Part shown: positions 41,608 to 53,824 of the stretch, piece after piece
Position numbering within the stretch: position 1 is the first letter of the stretch
Layout: every line of letters begins with the position of its first letter
DNA from: Octopus sinensis
Lineage: Eukaryota
NCBI RefSeq assembly: GCF_006345805.1
Contig: NC_043012.1
Span: forward strand, 52,452,001-52,516,000
Direction: 5' to 3'
Length of the DNA: 64,000 nucleotides
Notes under the pieces: generated by a model
Told to the model about the DNA's origin: nothing
Databases searched by the model: none
Seen by the model: the letters and a program-made list of their open reading frames with translations, nothing else
Position numbers and translations under genes: made by a program

Positions 41608-42168
41608 TTGGGTTGTCCGGAAAGTTCGTGTCGACTTTTTAAAGGAAAGAAAAGGGTCAATAAATACTTTCCATTACATTTTTAATCAACCAAATATGAA
41701 CCATTTCGTTGCACAATGTGTCTCCATCTTTCCTTTAACTTGAAAATACCCTCTTCCCAGAATTGAGGTGGTTTCATGGCAAAGAATTCATCAAGGTATC
41801 TTTTTACGTCATCTAAGGAATTGATATTTGTTACCATTAAGACTATTCTGCAGAGACCTGAATAAGTGGAAATCCGAAGGAGCAACATCTGGTGAATATA
41901 GAGGGTGGGGGGTAACACATCCCAGCCGAGCTGCAGCAATTTTTCTCCGCTTCCCAAAGCATCAAATGCCGAAAATGAACTTCCATTTTAAAAGGTTACA
42001 GAATTAACACAGGTTATAGGAACATAAACATTCTTCCACGAAAAGATAGTTTAAACTGTTCTCTAAATGTAGGTGTAGTCAAATCCTATTTTATGGACTC
42101 AACCATGTTCTAAAATACGTCGAAATGTAAGCTACTATAAACCGGCACGAACTTTCCGGACAACCCAA
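41608..42168 (-). mobile_element. Internally deleted mariner transposon
   Basis: TIRs TTGGGTTGTCCGGAAAGTTCGTG and CACGAACTTTCCGGACAACCCAA flanked by TA; transposase C-terminus LGWDVLP..SLDDVKRYLDEFFAMKPPQFWEEGIFKLKERW..IVQRNGSY. Confidence 0.93.
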
Positions 42169-42656
42169 TATCTATGTATGTATATGTGTGTGTATGTATG
42201 CATATATGTAGGTATGTATGTGTGCAATGATAATGCCAACATCTAGAATATGCCCCAGCTTCACCAGCATTAAGGGTTTACGACAAACAAAAATCCGATT
42301 AACTTGCGGTGACTGTGAGGACTTGAAGAATTATCGTAAATTAGAAAGACTAGAAAATAGGATAAAAGAAAGTGAGTGTAGACAAAAAGCAAACAAGAAT
42401 TTGAAGACCCCACAAAACGAGAGTTGTCTCAGTGAAAAATCCGGGCCATCAAGGCTGGTCGAAACGACTTCTTGGAGAGATTGTAATAGCTGAAAGAAAA
42501 CGAAGGGGATATTATGCAGACGAAATATTGAGAAGACAAAAGACTAGATCACTGCCAAAAAGTGGACAGCTTCTTGGTTAACTGAAACTGAAAAATGTTA
42601 GGAAGAGTGAATTTCTTGTTGGATTTTCTATATCATTTGTATCCAAAGCCTGCACA

Positions 42657-42938
42657 GTTCCTTCTCGAGCTATGCCTGGCTCATAAGGGCCGGTTTCTTG
42701 GCGTATAGGTTCCCCTCCTGGACGGGACGCCGGTCCCTCGTAGGTGAGCTGCAAGAGGAGAGAGTGAGAGAAAGTTGTGGCGAAAGAGTCAGCAGAAGTT
42801 TCGCTATTACCTTCTGCCGGAGCTGCGAGGAGCTTAGGTGTTTCGCTCATAAACACACACATCGCCCGCTCTGAGATTCGAACCCGCAATCCTTCGACCG
42901 TGAGTCCGCTGCTCTAACCACTAGGCCATGTGCCTCTA
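42657..42938 (-). mobile_element. SINE family C, tail type 1
   Basis: Reverse-complement copy of 2457-2764. Confidence 0.9.
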
Positions 42939-43479
42939 CAGAGTTTAACATACTAATCAAAGATATTAACAACAGATATAAATAAAAGGATTTATAGAGT
43001 ACTCTTTTGGCTTAGTTTGATTTTTGTTTGTTTTTTCTTTTGTTGCTGTTTTTCACTTTCTTCTTATGATAAGTGCATTAGATTTTATAATTCTGACGGA
43101 TGTCTATCTGAAAATTTGCCATTCATTTATCTATGTATTTTCTGTATCTGTTTATTATTGATGCCGCTTTGCTCAGGCAAACTACCAAAAGACTTCTGAT
43201 AGCCATTCCTTCCTCTGCTCAGGTCCTCTGTGTCTACCTATAGCACAGTCTACAAAATGTTGTTTAAGTGTTACACAACGCTGAAAGGTGGAGTATGTAT
43301 CTATTCTTTATTTTTTTAAATTGTTTCTTCGGGAGGAGAATCGTGATGAGCTATACTTCACCACATTGTGATAGACAGCTCTATACACCAACCACTCTAT
43401 CAATATATAGTAACACATTAATTTTAATTTATATTTCTGTTGAATATTTTAACCAGAAATCCTTGTCTTCCGGTGTTTG

Positions 43480-44340
43480 ACTTATTGTACTCTTTCGGTT
43501 ACTACTTATTTTCTTATCGCCTCCCTTGATTTTTCAGGTGATCTGTTTTGAAAAGTGTCGTTCTTGGTCAATCATTGCTCACACTCTCCCTTGAAATTAT
43601 TCTATATCTCTTACTGGTGCTTCTGGATATAAATTAGTTTTCTCTTTTTGCTGATATAGATATTTTGCTATTTTATTTGTTCTAAGAATCGTTCTCTCTC
43701 TCCCTATGCGCATATTCTTTACGATTTCGTGAAGATCTCTTGTTTCAGGCGTTCTTTGATTACATCAACTTCTTTACGCCAATATCTTTACAATCTTATT
43801 CTCCATTTTTTATGTTTATATTTCATGTCGTTTGCTGTATTTCGATAGACCTATATGACCTACTTTCTTTGTAACTTCAGTGGCTATTGCATACATTTCA
43901 TTTAACCTAGTGATCATGATGTTCAATTCCGTTTTTGGTAAAGCCGTCATAGCTAGCTTTGTGTTTTTATAGTTCTATTTTATCGTAGTGTTTTATCCTC
44001 GGACATACTTCCGTTGGTCTATAGGTAGATCTATGTTCTTTTATAATTTATTTCCGACTGCTCATAGTTTCCTCTTTAACAATTTTATGCTCCCAGATCT
44101 TCTCACGTTCTTTTATATTTATACTTTGTCCAGTGATTCTCTGGTTCAGTTTTTGTTGCTCAAAAAGCTGTTGGTGTCCTAGGATGTATTTCTTAGACGT
44201 GTTCCTATTTTATTTTGTTTGATTTGCATGTCCATGCCTGTATCAGCAGTTTACGTCCTGAATCGGTTTACCTTTGTTATTTCTTTTGTGTTCATACCTC
44301 AGAGTACATTACGTATTTTTTTTCTTTCAGCTGCTGAATT
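43480..44340 (-). mobile_element. Possible highly decayed LINE coding relic (R4/Dong-like?)
   Basis: A-rich, coding-like minus strand with fragments such as YPEAPVRDIE*F; no catalytic motif recovered. Confidence 0.25.
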
Positions 44341-44376
44341 CCGATTTCTAACATATATATAAATATATATATTACA

Positions 44377-44655
44377 ATCACGTCACGTGACCGACCAGGC
44401 TATCAGATGTTGACACACATCGCTGGTCACAATGTGCTTCACATTGTTTTAACCTTCAAATGACGCCACCCCGCTGGCTAAGGGAGCAGGCCAACAGAAG
44501 AAAGAGTGAGATAAAGTTGTGGCGAAAGAGTACAACAGGGGTCGCGACCATCTCCTGCCAGGTGTTTTCGCTCAATAAACACTCACAATGCCCAGTCTGG
44601 GAAACGAAACCGCGATCCTACGACGACAAGTCCGCTGCCCTAACCACTGGGCCTC

Positions 44656-44657
<2 letters not shown>
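44377..44657 (-). mobile_element. SINE family C, tail type 2
   Basis: Reverse-complement copy of 26563-26855. Confidence 0.88.
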
Positions 44658-44741
<84 letters not shown>

Positions 44742-44885
44742 CATATATACATATATATATATATACATATATATAATATACATATATATATATATACATA
44801 TATACATATATATACATATATACATATATACACATATATACATATATATATATATATTATATAATATATATATATATATATATAA
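44658..44885. repeat. (CA)n/(TA)n/(TATACA)n microsatellite
   Basis: Direct reading. Confidence 0.95.
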
Positions 44886-44972
44886 TCTATGTAGAATCTA
44901 ACATTCCTCTCGTATCTAATTATACATTTTCTGTTTTATTTGCAAGACTTGAAGGCAAAATTTAGCCCTTTC

Positions 44973-45346
44973 AAGGCGGCAGCCTGGCAGAAACGTTAGC
45001 ACACCAGTCGGAATGCTTAGCTGTATTTCGTCTGCCGTACGTTCTGCTTTCAAATTCCGCCGAGGTCGACTTTGCCTTTCATCCTTTCAGGGTCAATTAA
45101 ATAAGTATCAATTACGCACTGGGGTCGATATAATCGACTTAATCCGTTTGTCTGTGCTTGTTTGTCCCCTCTGTGTTTAGCCCATTATGGGCAGTAAAGA
45201 AATAGGTATTTCGTCTACCGTTACGGTCTGAGTTCAAATTTCGCCGAGGTCGATAAATTAAGTACCAGTAACGCACTGGGATTGGTGTAATCGACTTAAT
45301 CCCTTTGTCCCATCTGTGTTTAGCCCCTTGTTGGCAATAAAGAGAT
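44973..45346 (+). mobile_element. SINE family A dimer
   Basis: Junction AAAGAAATA|GGTATTTCGTCT at 45204/5; imperfect TSD AAATTTAGCCCTTT and AAGTTTAGCTCTTT. Confidence 0.9.
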
Positions 45347-46022
45347 AAAGTTTAGCTCTTTGCTTAAATTGTCCGCCTTTTTGTCTCGAGTCGGTTTATT
45401 TCTTTCTTCTGCTGCTGAGTTCTAGATGCTTCTTTCATAACTTTGAATCATTCCATTCTGGGTTCGCATCTCCTCAATTAACTTCATGCCGAGTAACACA
45501 ATTAGTTTTTTTTTAGTTATAGTTTTATTTTATTTAGTTATCTATTCAAATCGGTGTTCATAGGAAGTGTGCTACCTTAGTTTATTATATTTGGTTTCAG
45601 ATCACCGACCATTATTAGTATTTGTATTTCATCGATCATAAGGGTTAATTATGAATTAAGTTTACAAGTATTACTAACAGTTATTCTTCAGTATGTTAAT
45701 AATTTTTATTAATTCGTTTCATTGATTTGAATTATTGTGATTGGATATTTGTTTGACTGCTGTGAAAATATCCAATCCCGGTGAAGCAAATCAACGAATC
45801 GAATTACTAAAAATTATGAACTTATTGAAGTTTAGCTGTAATACTTGTAAGCCTAATTCATACGATAAACCTCACCGATTTACTCCTTTTCTTCTTCTTT
45901 ATCATCATCATATTATTAATATTATGAGTATAACAAGACAGCGAGCGATTAGAATAGAACATCAGACAAAATGCTTAGCGACATCTATTCCAGTTCTGAG
46001 TTAAAATACATTTGAAGTCATC

Positions 46023-46424
46023 GGATCTTTTCGGTTTGAACGGCAGTTTTTTAAAATAATTTTCACGTAACTAAACACATTTAAACTTCCTATACTGGTA
46101 GAATGTGTTTATAAAACATCTTTTTCTCTTGGCTTTTTGAGAAAATTTTATAGTTTGTAAGATATTTGTTGTTTTTTCTGCAATTTCAACCAATCAATGA
46201 CGTCTATTGAGGTAAAAAAAACATTCTGTGCCGTATGAATATGTCCATCGTTTAAGAAGCAGATTCGGTTTATTTATATTTCTGAAGAAAAAAGATACCC
46301 TTCCCACCACCCCTAACCCTAAAACAGATTGAAATGCAATAGATCGATACTAGGATCATAATTATGGGTGATAATTTCATATGACGACCACTAGAAAAAA
46401 CTGCCGTTCAAACCGAAAAGAACC
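46023..46424 (-). mobile_element. MITE copy 3 (inverted), inserted in an old SINE-A copy
   Basis: Same TIRs; TSD AAGTCATC/AAATCATC; flanks read as SINE-A head (..ATGCTTAGCGACAT..TTCTGAGTTAAA) and core (TTTTCATGCTTTCGGG). Confidence 0.92.
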
Positions 46425-46491
46425 AAATCATCAATGATTTTCATGCTTTCGGGCAGGAAATATTGTTGTTGACCGAGTGCCCAAGTCAAAA

Positions 46492-46539
<48 letters not shown>

Positions 46540-46540
<1 letters not shown>

Positions 46541-46715
46541 GGCGGCAAACTGGCCGAAACGTTAACACGCCAGGCAAAATGATTAACGGCATTTGGTCTG
46601 TCCTTACGTTGTGAGTTCAAATGCCGCTGAGGTCGACCAGTCGGGCAGTGGGGTTGATGTAATTGACTAGCTTTATCACCCAACATTTCAGGCCTTGTAC
46701 CTATAATAGAAAGAA
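46540..46715 (+). mobile_element. SINE family A, tail type 2, within an (ATT)n tract
   Basis: GGCGGCAAACTGGCCGAAACGTTAACACGCC head; GGCCTTGTACCTATAATAGAAAG tail; ATT repeats on both sides. Confidence 0.85.
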
Positions 46716-47166
46716 TTATTATATTATTATTATTATTATTATATGGGCTGTAATCCATTTTGGCTACAATGAAGAGAAAATTACAAGATTTTCTGGGATA
46801 GGTACAAGTACTCGGAAATTTCTAATGCTAGTGTAACTTCAAAATTTCTATTATAAGGCCGCACTATGAAAATAAACTTGACTGCAAATTTTAGAATTGT
46901 TATTAGTTATTTCTGCAGAAATTCATCACAAATCGAGTACCCTCATTAAAGTCCACGTGGAGATTGATAGCGCAGAACTATTTATATCAAACACAATACT
47001 TTTAGTAGCGACGTTTATAATTTAAAACCTGTAGTTACAGATTATTGAATATTCAATCTGTTGCGTATGAAATGAGTAACAATCCTCATGTGATGTTTGG
47101 CTATCAGCTGCACCAAAAGGCATTCAGTGTTTACAGTAAGTATAACTGGACCAGAGTGTTGTTGAT

Positions 47167-47690
47167 TTCTTCTTCTACTTCTTCTTCTTCCAATCAGGAT
47201 TCACGCCATTAGCCACAAAGAATAATCTCTAATTCGAGCTTATTCTAAGCTGCTAAGAATGCGTGCGGCAACTTGAAGATCCACTCACCACAGATGATTG
47301 ACTGGCGGTTGCACGGGCGCGAAAGCTACGTTGTTATCATCAGTGCGTAAACGATGGCTTATTTTAACGGGTGGAGAGCAGAACCATCCTGGGGTACAGA
47401 GGATTCGCAATCTAGACTAGGGTCTGAAAGTTTACCACACCATTGTGGGTTACGCCATGGTTCCTCTGCTTTGTGGCAGAAGTAGGAAGAAAGAGTGAGA
47501 GAAAGTTGGGGTGAAAGAGAACAGCAGGGTTCAGCCGCCCTCCCCTCCCCTCCCCTCCCCGGCCGCCGGAGCATCGTGGAGCTTAGGTGCTTTTGCTCAA
47601 TAAACACTCACAATGCCTGGTCTGGGAATCGAAACAGCGTTCCTACGACCACGAGTCCTTTTCCCTAACCACTGGGCCATTGCGCCCCCC
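47167..47690 (-). mobile_element. SINE family C, tail type 4 (long body ending in (GAA)n)
   Basis: Family-C head at ~47485-47690 followed by a different ~320 bp body ending TGGCGTGAATCCTGATTGGAAGAAGAAG. Confidence 0.75.
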
Positions 47691-48603
47691 CCCTGCTGTT
47701 GTTGTGCTTGTTTAACCTCATGTGAGCCCTGATCGTCTAGATTTAAAATGTTCTAGAATAGTTTTTAAAGCTCTGTATTTTCTTATGTATCTTTCTCTTG
47801 TTTTGGGCGATTGAATATGATTTGAGGGAGAAATGGTTGTTATTTTAATTTTGTCATGCGACAGTAAAACACGGCTAGGCCCATAGGCACTACACATTCA
47901 TGGGAGTCAAACTCGCTGCTCTCGGCTTTCGGTTTTAAACCTCTCTTAACTCGGCAATCAGTTACCCTCAATATTATATTAATATCGATTACTTAATCAT
48001 TGATTTGGTGGTGGTCTCTGTTTTTGTTATGTCGTTTTACTTTTCGTACGCGTACAGTGACAAATTTCTTTTCAGAAAACAATTCTGATAACTGATAATT
48101 TCTGATTATAACAATACATCATTGAAGGTTTTTCAGAAAATAAAAAACATTTATAATAAATTCACCTTACATAGAAAATACATTAAAAAATCTAGTCAGC
48201 TTACATATCTTATAATCGGCGAAACAGATCAAAGAATCCACACAAGAAATATTGTTGTTGTTGTTTTTTTCGTAAATTATAAAAAGTAAAGCATTAATTT
48301 AAATGAATTCAAGTCGTTGAGAGAAAAAAAATATTCAAAACTGATGAGAAAAGATGTTGAAATCAAAGTGATTTATGAAAAGTCATCAAAATTTATTTCA
48401 TGTCATTGAATTAGCGAAGAAAACTGAAAAATCTAATAATTATATTGAAAAACATTATAAAATACATTTTATGTATTTTTTATGTATCCTCTCGGCTGTT
48501 ATATGTTTACTGCAAGATGACTTTTCATCATTTAAAAAGAGAATAAGAGAATACAAAACAACAATGATAAAAGTAAGCCAAAAAAAAATAATATAGCAAA
48601 AAC

Positions 48604-48644
<41 letters not shown>

Positions 48645-48982
48645 TTGAAATCGAAGAAAGAGAGAAAGTGGGGAAAAGTATTAATGTAATATTACGAAGA
48701 AAACAAAAGAAAGTTATACAAGCTACTTATTCTTGAGCGACATCATTGTCAGAGAAGAACAATGGCAAGAAACATCTAATGATGAACAACACGAAACAAA
48801 GATGACGGTGATGGTGACGACAGCAGACAACAAACGAGTTACAGAAGAGACTAATCTAAAGACAGAGAGCGCCAAATAGACATCTAATGGGGGTAAGGTG
48901 TCATAAAACTTGACATAGGGACACATGGGTGTTGAGTTCGTATCAAGGTTGGCACAACTTGCAGATTATTTTTATTTTAAAT

Positions 48983-49028
<46 letters not shown>

Positions 49029-49355
49029 CTGTGATTGTATGTATATATGTTATTTTAGAAAGGAAAAGTTTAGCCAACTTCAAGATTATATTATATAGCT
49101 TTCATCGGTCTGTAGGTTACTTTGTTCTCCGAGTTTTATGTATACAACTTGCGGGAGAAGTGAATAGCTGGAAAATAAAATAACTTCATTGTAACTTTTA
49201 CCCTTTTCCTACTAAAATTTATATTAATCAGCCGAAATTGCGAAGATGATCCGGTTCTTGACTGATGATTGAGGGCTTCGCATGTCCCGTCCGTGTTTTT
49301 TGTGTCGTCTTCTAAATGTTTCACGTTCTTGTCCCAGTTTGTATATTTTTTTTAC

Positions 49356-49394
<39 letters not shown>

Positions 49395-49481
49395 AAGGGT
49401 AGAATTAATTAATTAATTAATTAATAATTCCACCAAGTAGTGATTCGGTATGTAAAAGCCCATTATCCGTAAACTTAAACA

Positions 49482-49807
49482 ATATTTATTATAATAAGGG
49501 TTAGGCAAAAGAATTTGCTTCACCACACACCGAACTTTAGAAATAGCAGCTAAAGAACTTAGCTATTTCTTCTACTGTAAGAAACAACTCCCAGACAATA
49601 TATACTCAAAACGCGTCCACAGTTAATCAAATGCCAGGTGAATTTCGTTATTTTCTTTCTCTGCCTACGTGATATGTTTTTGAGTATATATTGTCTGGGA
49701 GTTGTTTCTTACAGTAGAAGAAATAGCTAGTTTCTTTGGCTGCTGTTTCTAAAGTTCGGTGTGTGGTGAAGCAAATTCTTTTGCCTAATCCTTATTATAA
49801 TAAATAT
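49482..49807. repeat. Long inverted repeat (arms ~128 bp, loop ~65 bp)
   Basis: 49482-49611 is the reverse complement of 49677-49807 with only about five differences. Confidence 0.95.
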
Positions 49808-49813
49808 ATATAT

Positions 49814-49997
49814 ATTATAATTTTGGGTATCTAAGAGATACCACCACGCTGGAAATAGCAGCCAAAACCTGACTCTAAAACCACATTAAATGTTCATACT
49901 GCACCAGGAGATGTATGAACATTTAATGTGGTTTAGAATCTGGTTTTGGCTGCTATTTCCAGCGTGGTGTTATCCCTTAGATACCCTAAATTATAAT
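49814..49997. repeat. Long inverted repeat (arms ~85 bp, 13 nt loop)
   Basis: ..CCACATTAAATGTTCATAC-TGCACCAGGAGAT-GTATGAACATTTAATGTGG.. Confidence 0.95.
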
Positions 49998-50112
49998 TTT
50001 AATAATAATTATTACCTTTGAAGGATATTTAAATTAACGATTTTATCCTTATTTCGGTGCCCCAGCATGGCCACAGCTCATGAGCTGAAACTAGAATCAA
50101 TCAATCAATCAT

Positions 50113-50147
<35 letters not shown>

Positions 50148-50205
50148 CCTACGAAAGATATTGAATGACACTCCAGTTTAATATTCAACTGATTCAGCTA
50201 AGCAA

Positions 50206-50565
50206 TTTTACGTGGCTCTGTGGTAAGAATCTTGCTTCCTAATGACATGATTCCAGAATCAGTCCCACTGCGGGGTTCCATGAGCAGGTGTCTTCTACTA
50301 TGCCTGAGGGCCGATCAAATGCTTGATAGTGGATTTCATAAGCAGAAACTGAAAGTTTGTCCTTCACCACCTCTTGACAATCTGTTGGTGTATTTACGCC
50401 CCAGTAACGTAACGGTTTGGCAAAAGAAAACGATCGAATAAGTACCGGGTTTTAAAAATATAAAGACATTAAGTACCAGGAGTCGATTAATTCGTCTAAA
50501 AATTCTTCACGGCAGTGCTGCGGAATGGCAGCAGTCTAATGACTGAAACAAGCAAAAATTAAATA
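50206..50565 (+). mobile_element. SINE family B (diverged)
   Basis: GTGGCTCTGTGGTAAGA head, CAGTCCCACTGCG, CAGTCTAATGACTGAAACAAG tail. Confidence 0.83.
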
Positions 50566-50713
50566 ATAAAAATACAGGTGTTAAAATATATGTAGTTGTG
50601 TTACGATTAATGTTTCATAATTACTATGATCAAGAATCGTCAACAATATTCATTCATAATACTAAGCATTTTTATATCCATTATGTACAACTTATTGGAA
50701 TGTATGTTATGTG

Positions 50714-50972
50714 TACTCTTTTACTTGTTTCAGCCATTTGACAATGTCCATGCTGGAGCACCGCCTTTAGTCGAGCAAATTTACCCCAGCACTTTGTTAG
50801 CCTAGTACTTAATCTATCAGTCTCTTTTGCAGAACCTCTAGTTTACGGGGACGTAAACGCAGCAGCATCGGTTGTCAAGCGATGTTGGGGGGACAAACAC
50901 AGACATGCAAACACACACACACTCCATGTGGTTCGTAGGCAAGCTACGTACCACACAGCCACTCCTACGCCT
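50714..50972 (-). mobile_element. SINE family B with central deletion
   Basis: Tail and head match 16089-16497; CORE-like block missing. Confidence 0.85.
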
Positions 50973-51364
50973 GCGAGTGGATTCGGTAAGCTTGAATAAC
51001 TGAATGATAAAATGACCACGATATGATAGGGGCAGAATTTTATATAAAATAGCCATCGGTCACAATATGAAAGAAGGTGTTAAATAAAGTTTTAATGATG
51101 TTGTTCAAACGCGCGTCAAACGACAAATAGCCAAGGACTTTAATAAGAATGGTCTTCATAGAATTCTGATCTCCAGGTTTATCATAGGCATGCTAAATAA
51201 TTCTCAAATATTTCGTGACATTTTTAGAGGCAAAATCTAAGTTTGTCTTTTATTTGTCAATGTCCATTGAAAGCAGGCGTCAAAGATCATTGACGAGGGA
51301 AAACGTCAGCGTTATAGAAGAGTTCAAGGATGTAGCCAACATTTACTCTGGTCAATATTAACAT

Positions 51365-51890
51365 ATGGAGTTCAAACGCCGCCGGCCTCAACTCTGGCTT
51401 TTATTCTTTCGGGGTCGATAAAATAAGTATTTGACTTGCCCCCTGCTCAGAAACTGCTGGCATTGTACCAAAATTTGAAATCAATATTAACAACTGTAGT
51501 TAAATGGTGAGCTGGCAGAATTGTTAGCACGCCGGGCAAAATGCTTAGCAGCATTTTGTCCGACTTCGTGTTCTGAGTTCAATATCGACCGAGGTCGATT
51601 TTACCTTTCATCCTATCGTGGTTCATAAAATAAATACCAGTTGAGCACTCCCACAAAATTACTGGCCTTGTGCCAAAATTTGAAACTAATATTTCGAAAC
51701 GTAAGAAGGCAGCTTGTTGGCAGAATCGTTAGAACGCCGGACAAAATCCTCAGCGGCATTTCGTTTGTGCGTTCAAATACTGTCGAGGTCGACTTTGCTT
51801 TTAATCCTTTCAGGGTCGATAAAATAAGTAACAGTTGAGCACAAGGGTCAATGTAATCAATTTATCAACTCCCCCTAAATTTCTGGACTT
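51365..51890 (+). mobile_element. Three adjacent degenerate SINE-A tail-2 copies
   Basis: Repeated GAGTTCAA..GGTCGA..CCTTTC.GGGTCGATAAAATAAGTA cores and CCAAAATTTGAAA tails. Confidence 0.8.
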
Positions 51891-52174
51891 CCAACTTTAA
51901 ACATTCAAGGTTGCAATTCACGGAAGTCTAACTGCTGTATACACACATCTATAATTCAAAGTCTATAGCATTTAGGGACCTTAAGTAACAAATATCAACA
52001 AATACGTATTAAAGTGAACGGTTGCATGTATGAAGGGATTCATTACTGGCGGTAGAATCCCATGTATTATGTATTCGGTTTGCTTACTATTTCGTTTCCT
52101 ATACCCTAGATATTTATAACAATCTACACACCTAACTATCTGTTTGGCTGCATTTATGTATGTGTGACTGCGTG

Positions 52175-52468
52175 AAGGCGCGTGGCTTAGTGGTTAGGGG
52201 CATTTGGCTCATAATCTGAGAGTTGTGTCCTTGAGCAATACACTTTATTTCACGTTGCTCCATTCCACTCCGCTGGCAAAAATGAGTAGTACTTGTATTT
52301 CAAAAGGCCAGCCTTGTCACACACTGTGTTACGCTGAATCTCCCCGAGAACTTCGTTAAGTGTACACGTGTTTGTGGAGTGCTCAGCCACTTGCACGTTA
52401 ATTTCACGACCAAGCTGTTCCGTTGATCGTATTAGCTGGGACCCTCATCGCTGCAATCGACGGAGTAC
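52175..52468 (+). mobile_element. SINE family E
   Basis: GGCGCGTGGCTTAGTGGTTAGGG head, GTGTCCTTGAGCAA core, colinear with 22350-22627. Confidence 0.85.
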
Positions 52469-52510
52469 TCCTTTATGTGTGACTGTAAATATATATATAT
52501 ATATATATAT

Positions 52511-53249
52511 AATAAAGGGCATAGAAAAACATTTGCCCATATGCTGAAAAGAGATGCTAAATCGTCTAACCACTTTAAATCATCACCTAAATTACACACG
52601 TACTGAAATCGAGGGAGTAAGCTAACGAAACTTCATAAAAATGTAGTTATCGCTGGATTGATCAATTTCTGGATTAGCCTAATGGCTTTTCGTCGTCAGT
52701 AGAGACTACTGAAGTAAATAAATGAAATGTTTATACATACCAACAGGAAAGCAAACGCAAAGCAACGGTTACATATAAACACCACAAATACATCCATGTC
52801 GAATTTCGTAGCCTACCTCAGCAACGTGTGTATACGGTCTAGTCACTTATGGACTACGCTGACCGTATACACACATTGCTGAAGTTGGCGACTAAATTCG
52901 ACGTGGATGTATTGGTGGTATTTATAAGTAATCGTGGATTTGTGTTTGTTTACCAGAGGAAATGTGTAAATATTTCATTTATTTCCTTCAGTAGGAAAAG
53001 CCATTCGGCTAATCCACAAATTGATCAATCCAGGGATCCTTTTTATCCTTTTCCCTTTTATTATTTTTTTTGTCATTTGACTGGAGCATCGCCTCTAGTC
53101 GACCAAATCGACCCCCAGAACTTATTCTTCGTAAGCCTAGTACATATTCTATCAGTCTCTTTTGCCGAACTGCTAGGTTACGGGAACGTAAACACACCAG
53201 CATTGTTTGTCAAGAGATGGTGGGGCGACATACACAGACACACTAACAT

Positions 53250-53295
<46 letters not shown>

Positions 53296-53591
53296 GACAG
53301 GCTTCTTTCAGTTTCCGTCTACCAAATCCACTCACAAGGCTTTTATCGGACCGAGGCTATAGTAGAAGACACTTGCCCAAGGTACTACATAGTGAGACTG
53401 AACCCGGGACCATGTGGTTCGTAAGCAAGCACTTTCTACACACCTGCGCCTATAACTATATATTTATGAATTTTCATTAGCCTACTCCCTCGATTTCACC
53501 ACGTGTGTAATTTGGTAATGATTTAAAGTCGTTAGATGATTTAGCGTCTCTTTTCAGCATATAAGCAATATTTTTCTCTACGCCCTTAATT
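52511..53591. repeat. Large imperfect palindrome (arms ~330 bp) whose right arm is interrupted by a SINE
   Basis: Left arm 52511-52839, loop 52840-52860, right arm 52861-53037 plus 53452-53591; e.g. TCAGCAACGTGTGTATACGGTC pairs with GACCGTATACACACATTGCTGA. Confidence 0.9.
53038..53451 (-). mobile_element. SINE family B inserted in the palindrome arm
   Basis: Colinear with 16089-16497. Confidence 0.9.
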
Positions 53592-53824
53592 ATAATTATA
53601 TATATGATTTCACCTTAATAGGTCTGTTTTTTTTTTTATTTTAACGATTTTATACTTTATTACATATATACAGTCATCAATGTGTATTTGCTCGGGCTGC
53701 TGATTCGGTTCGTCGCAAAACTGAATCTCTTATCTGATAGAACGAACAAAATTTCGTAGTTCTGAGCAACAACAGAATGTTTACCAGCTCTGAACAAATT
53801 TTCAGCGTCTCTAATCATGTACCG

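Noticed and set aside
42218-42493. 91 aa charged ORF
   Set aside because: Begins in a microsatellite, has no recognisable domain, and is probably a decayed repeat.
48735-48900. Possible exon (purine-rich, followed by GGTAAGG donor-like site)
   Set aside because: All three plus frames contain stops before the donor and there is no good polypyrimidine acceptor.
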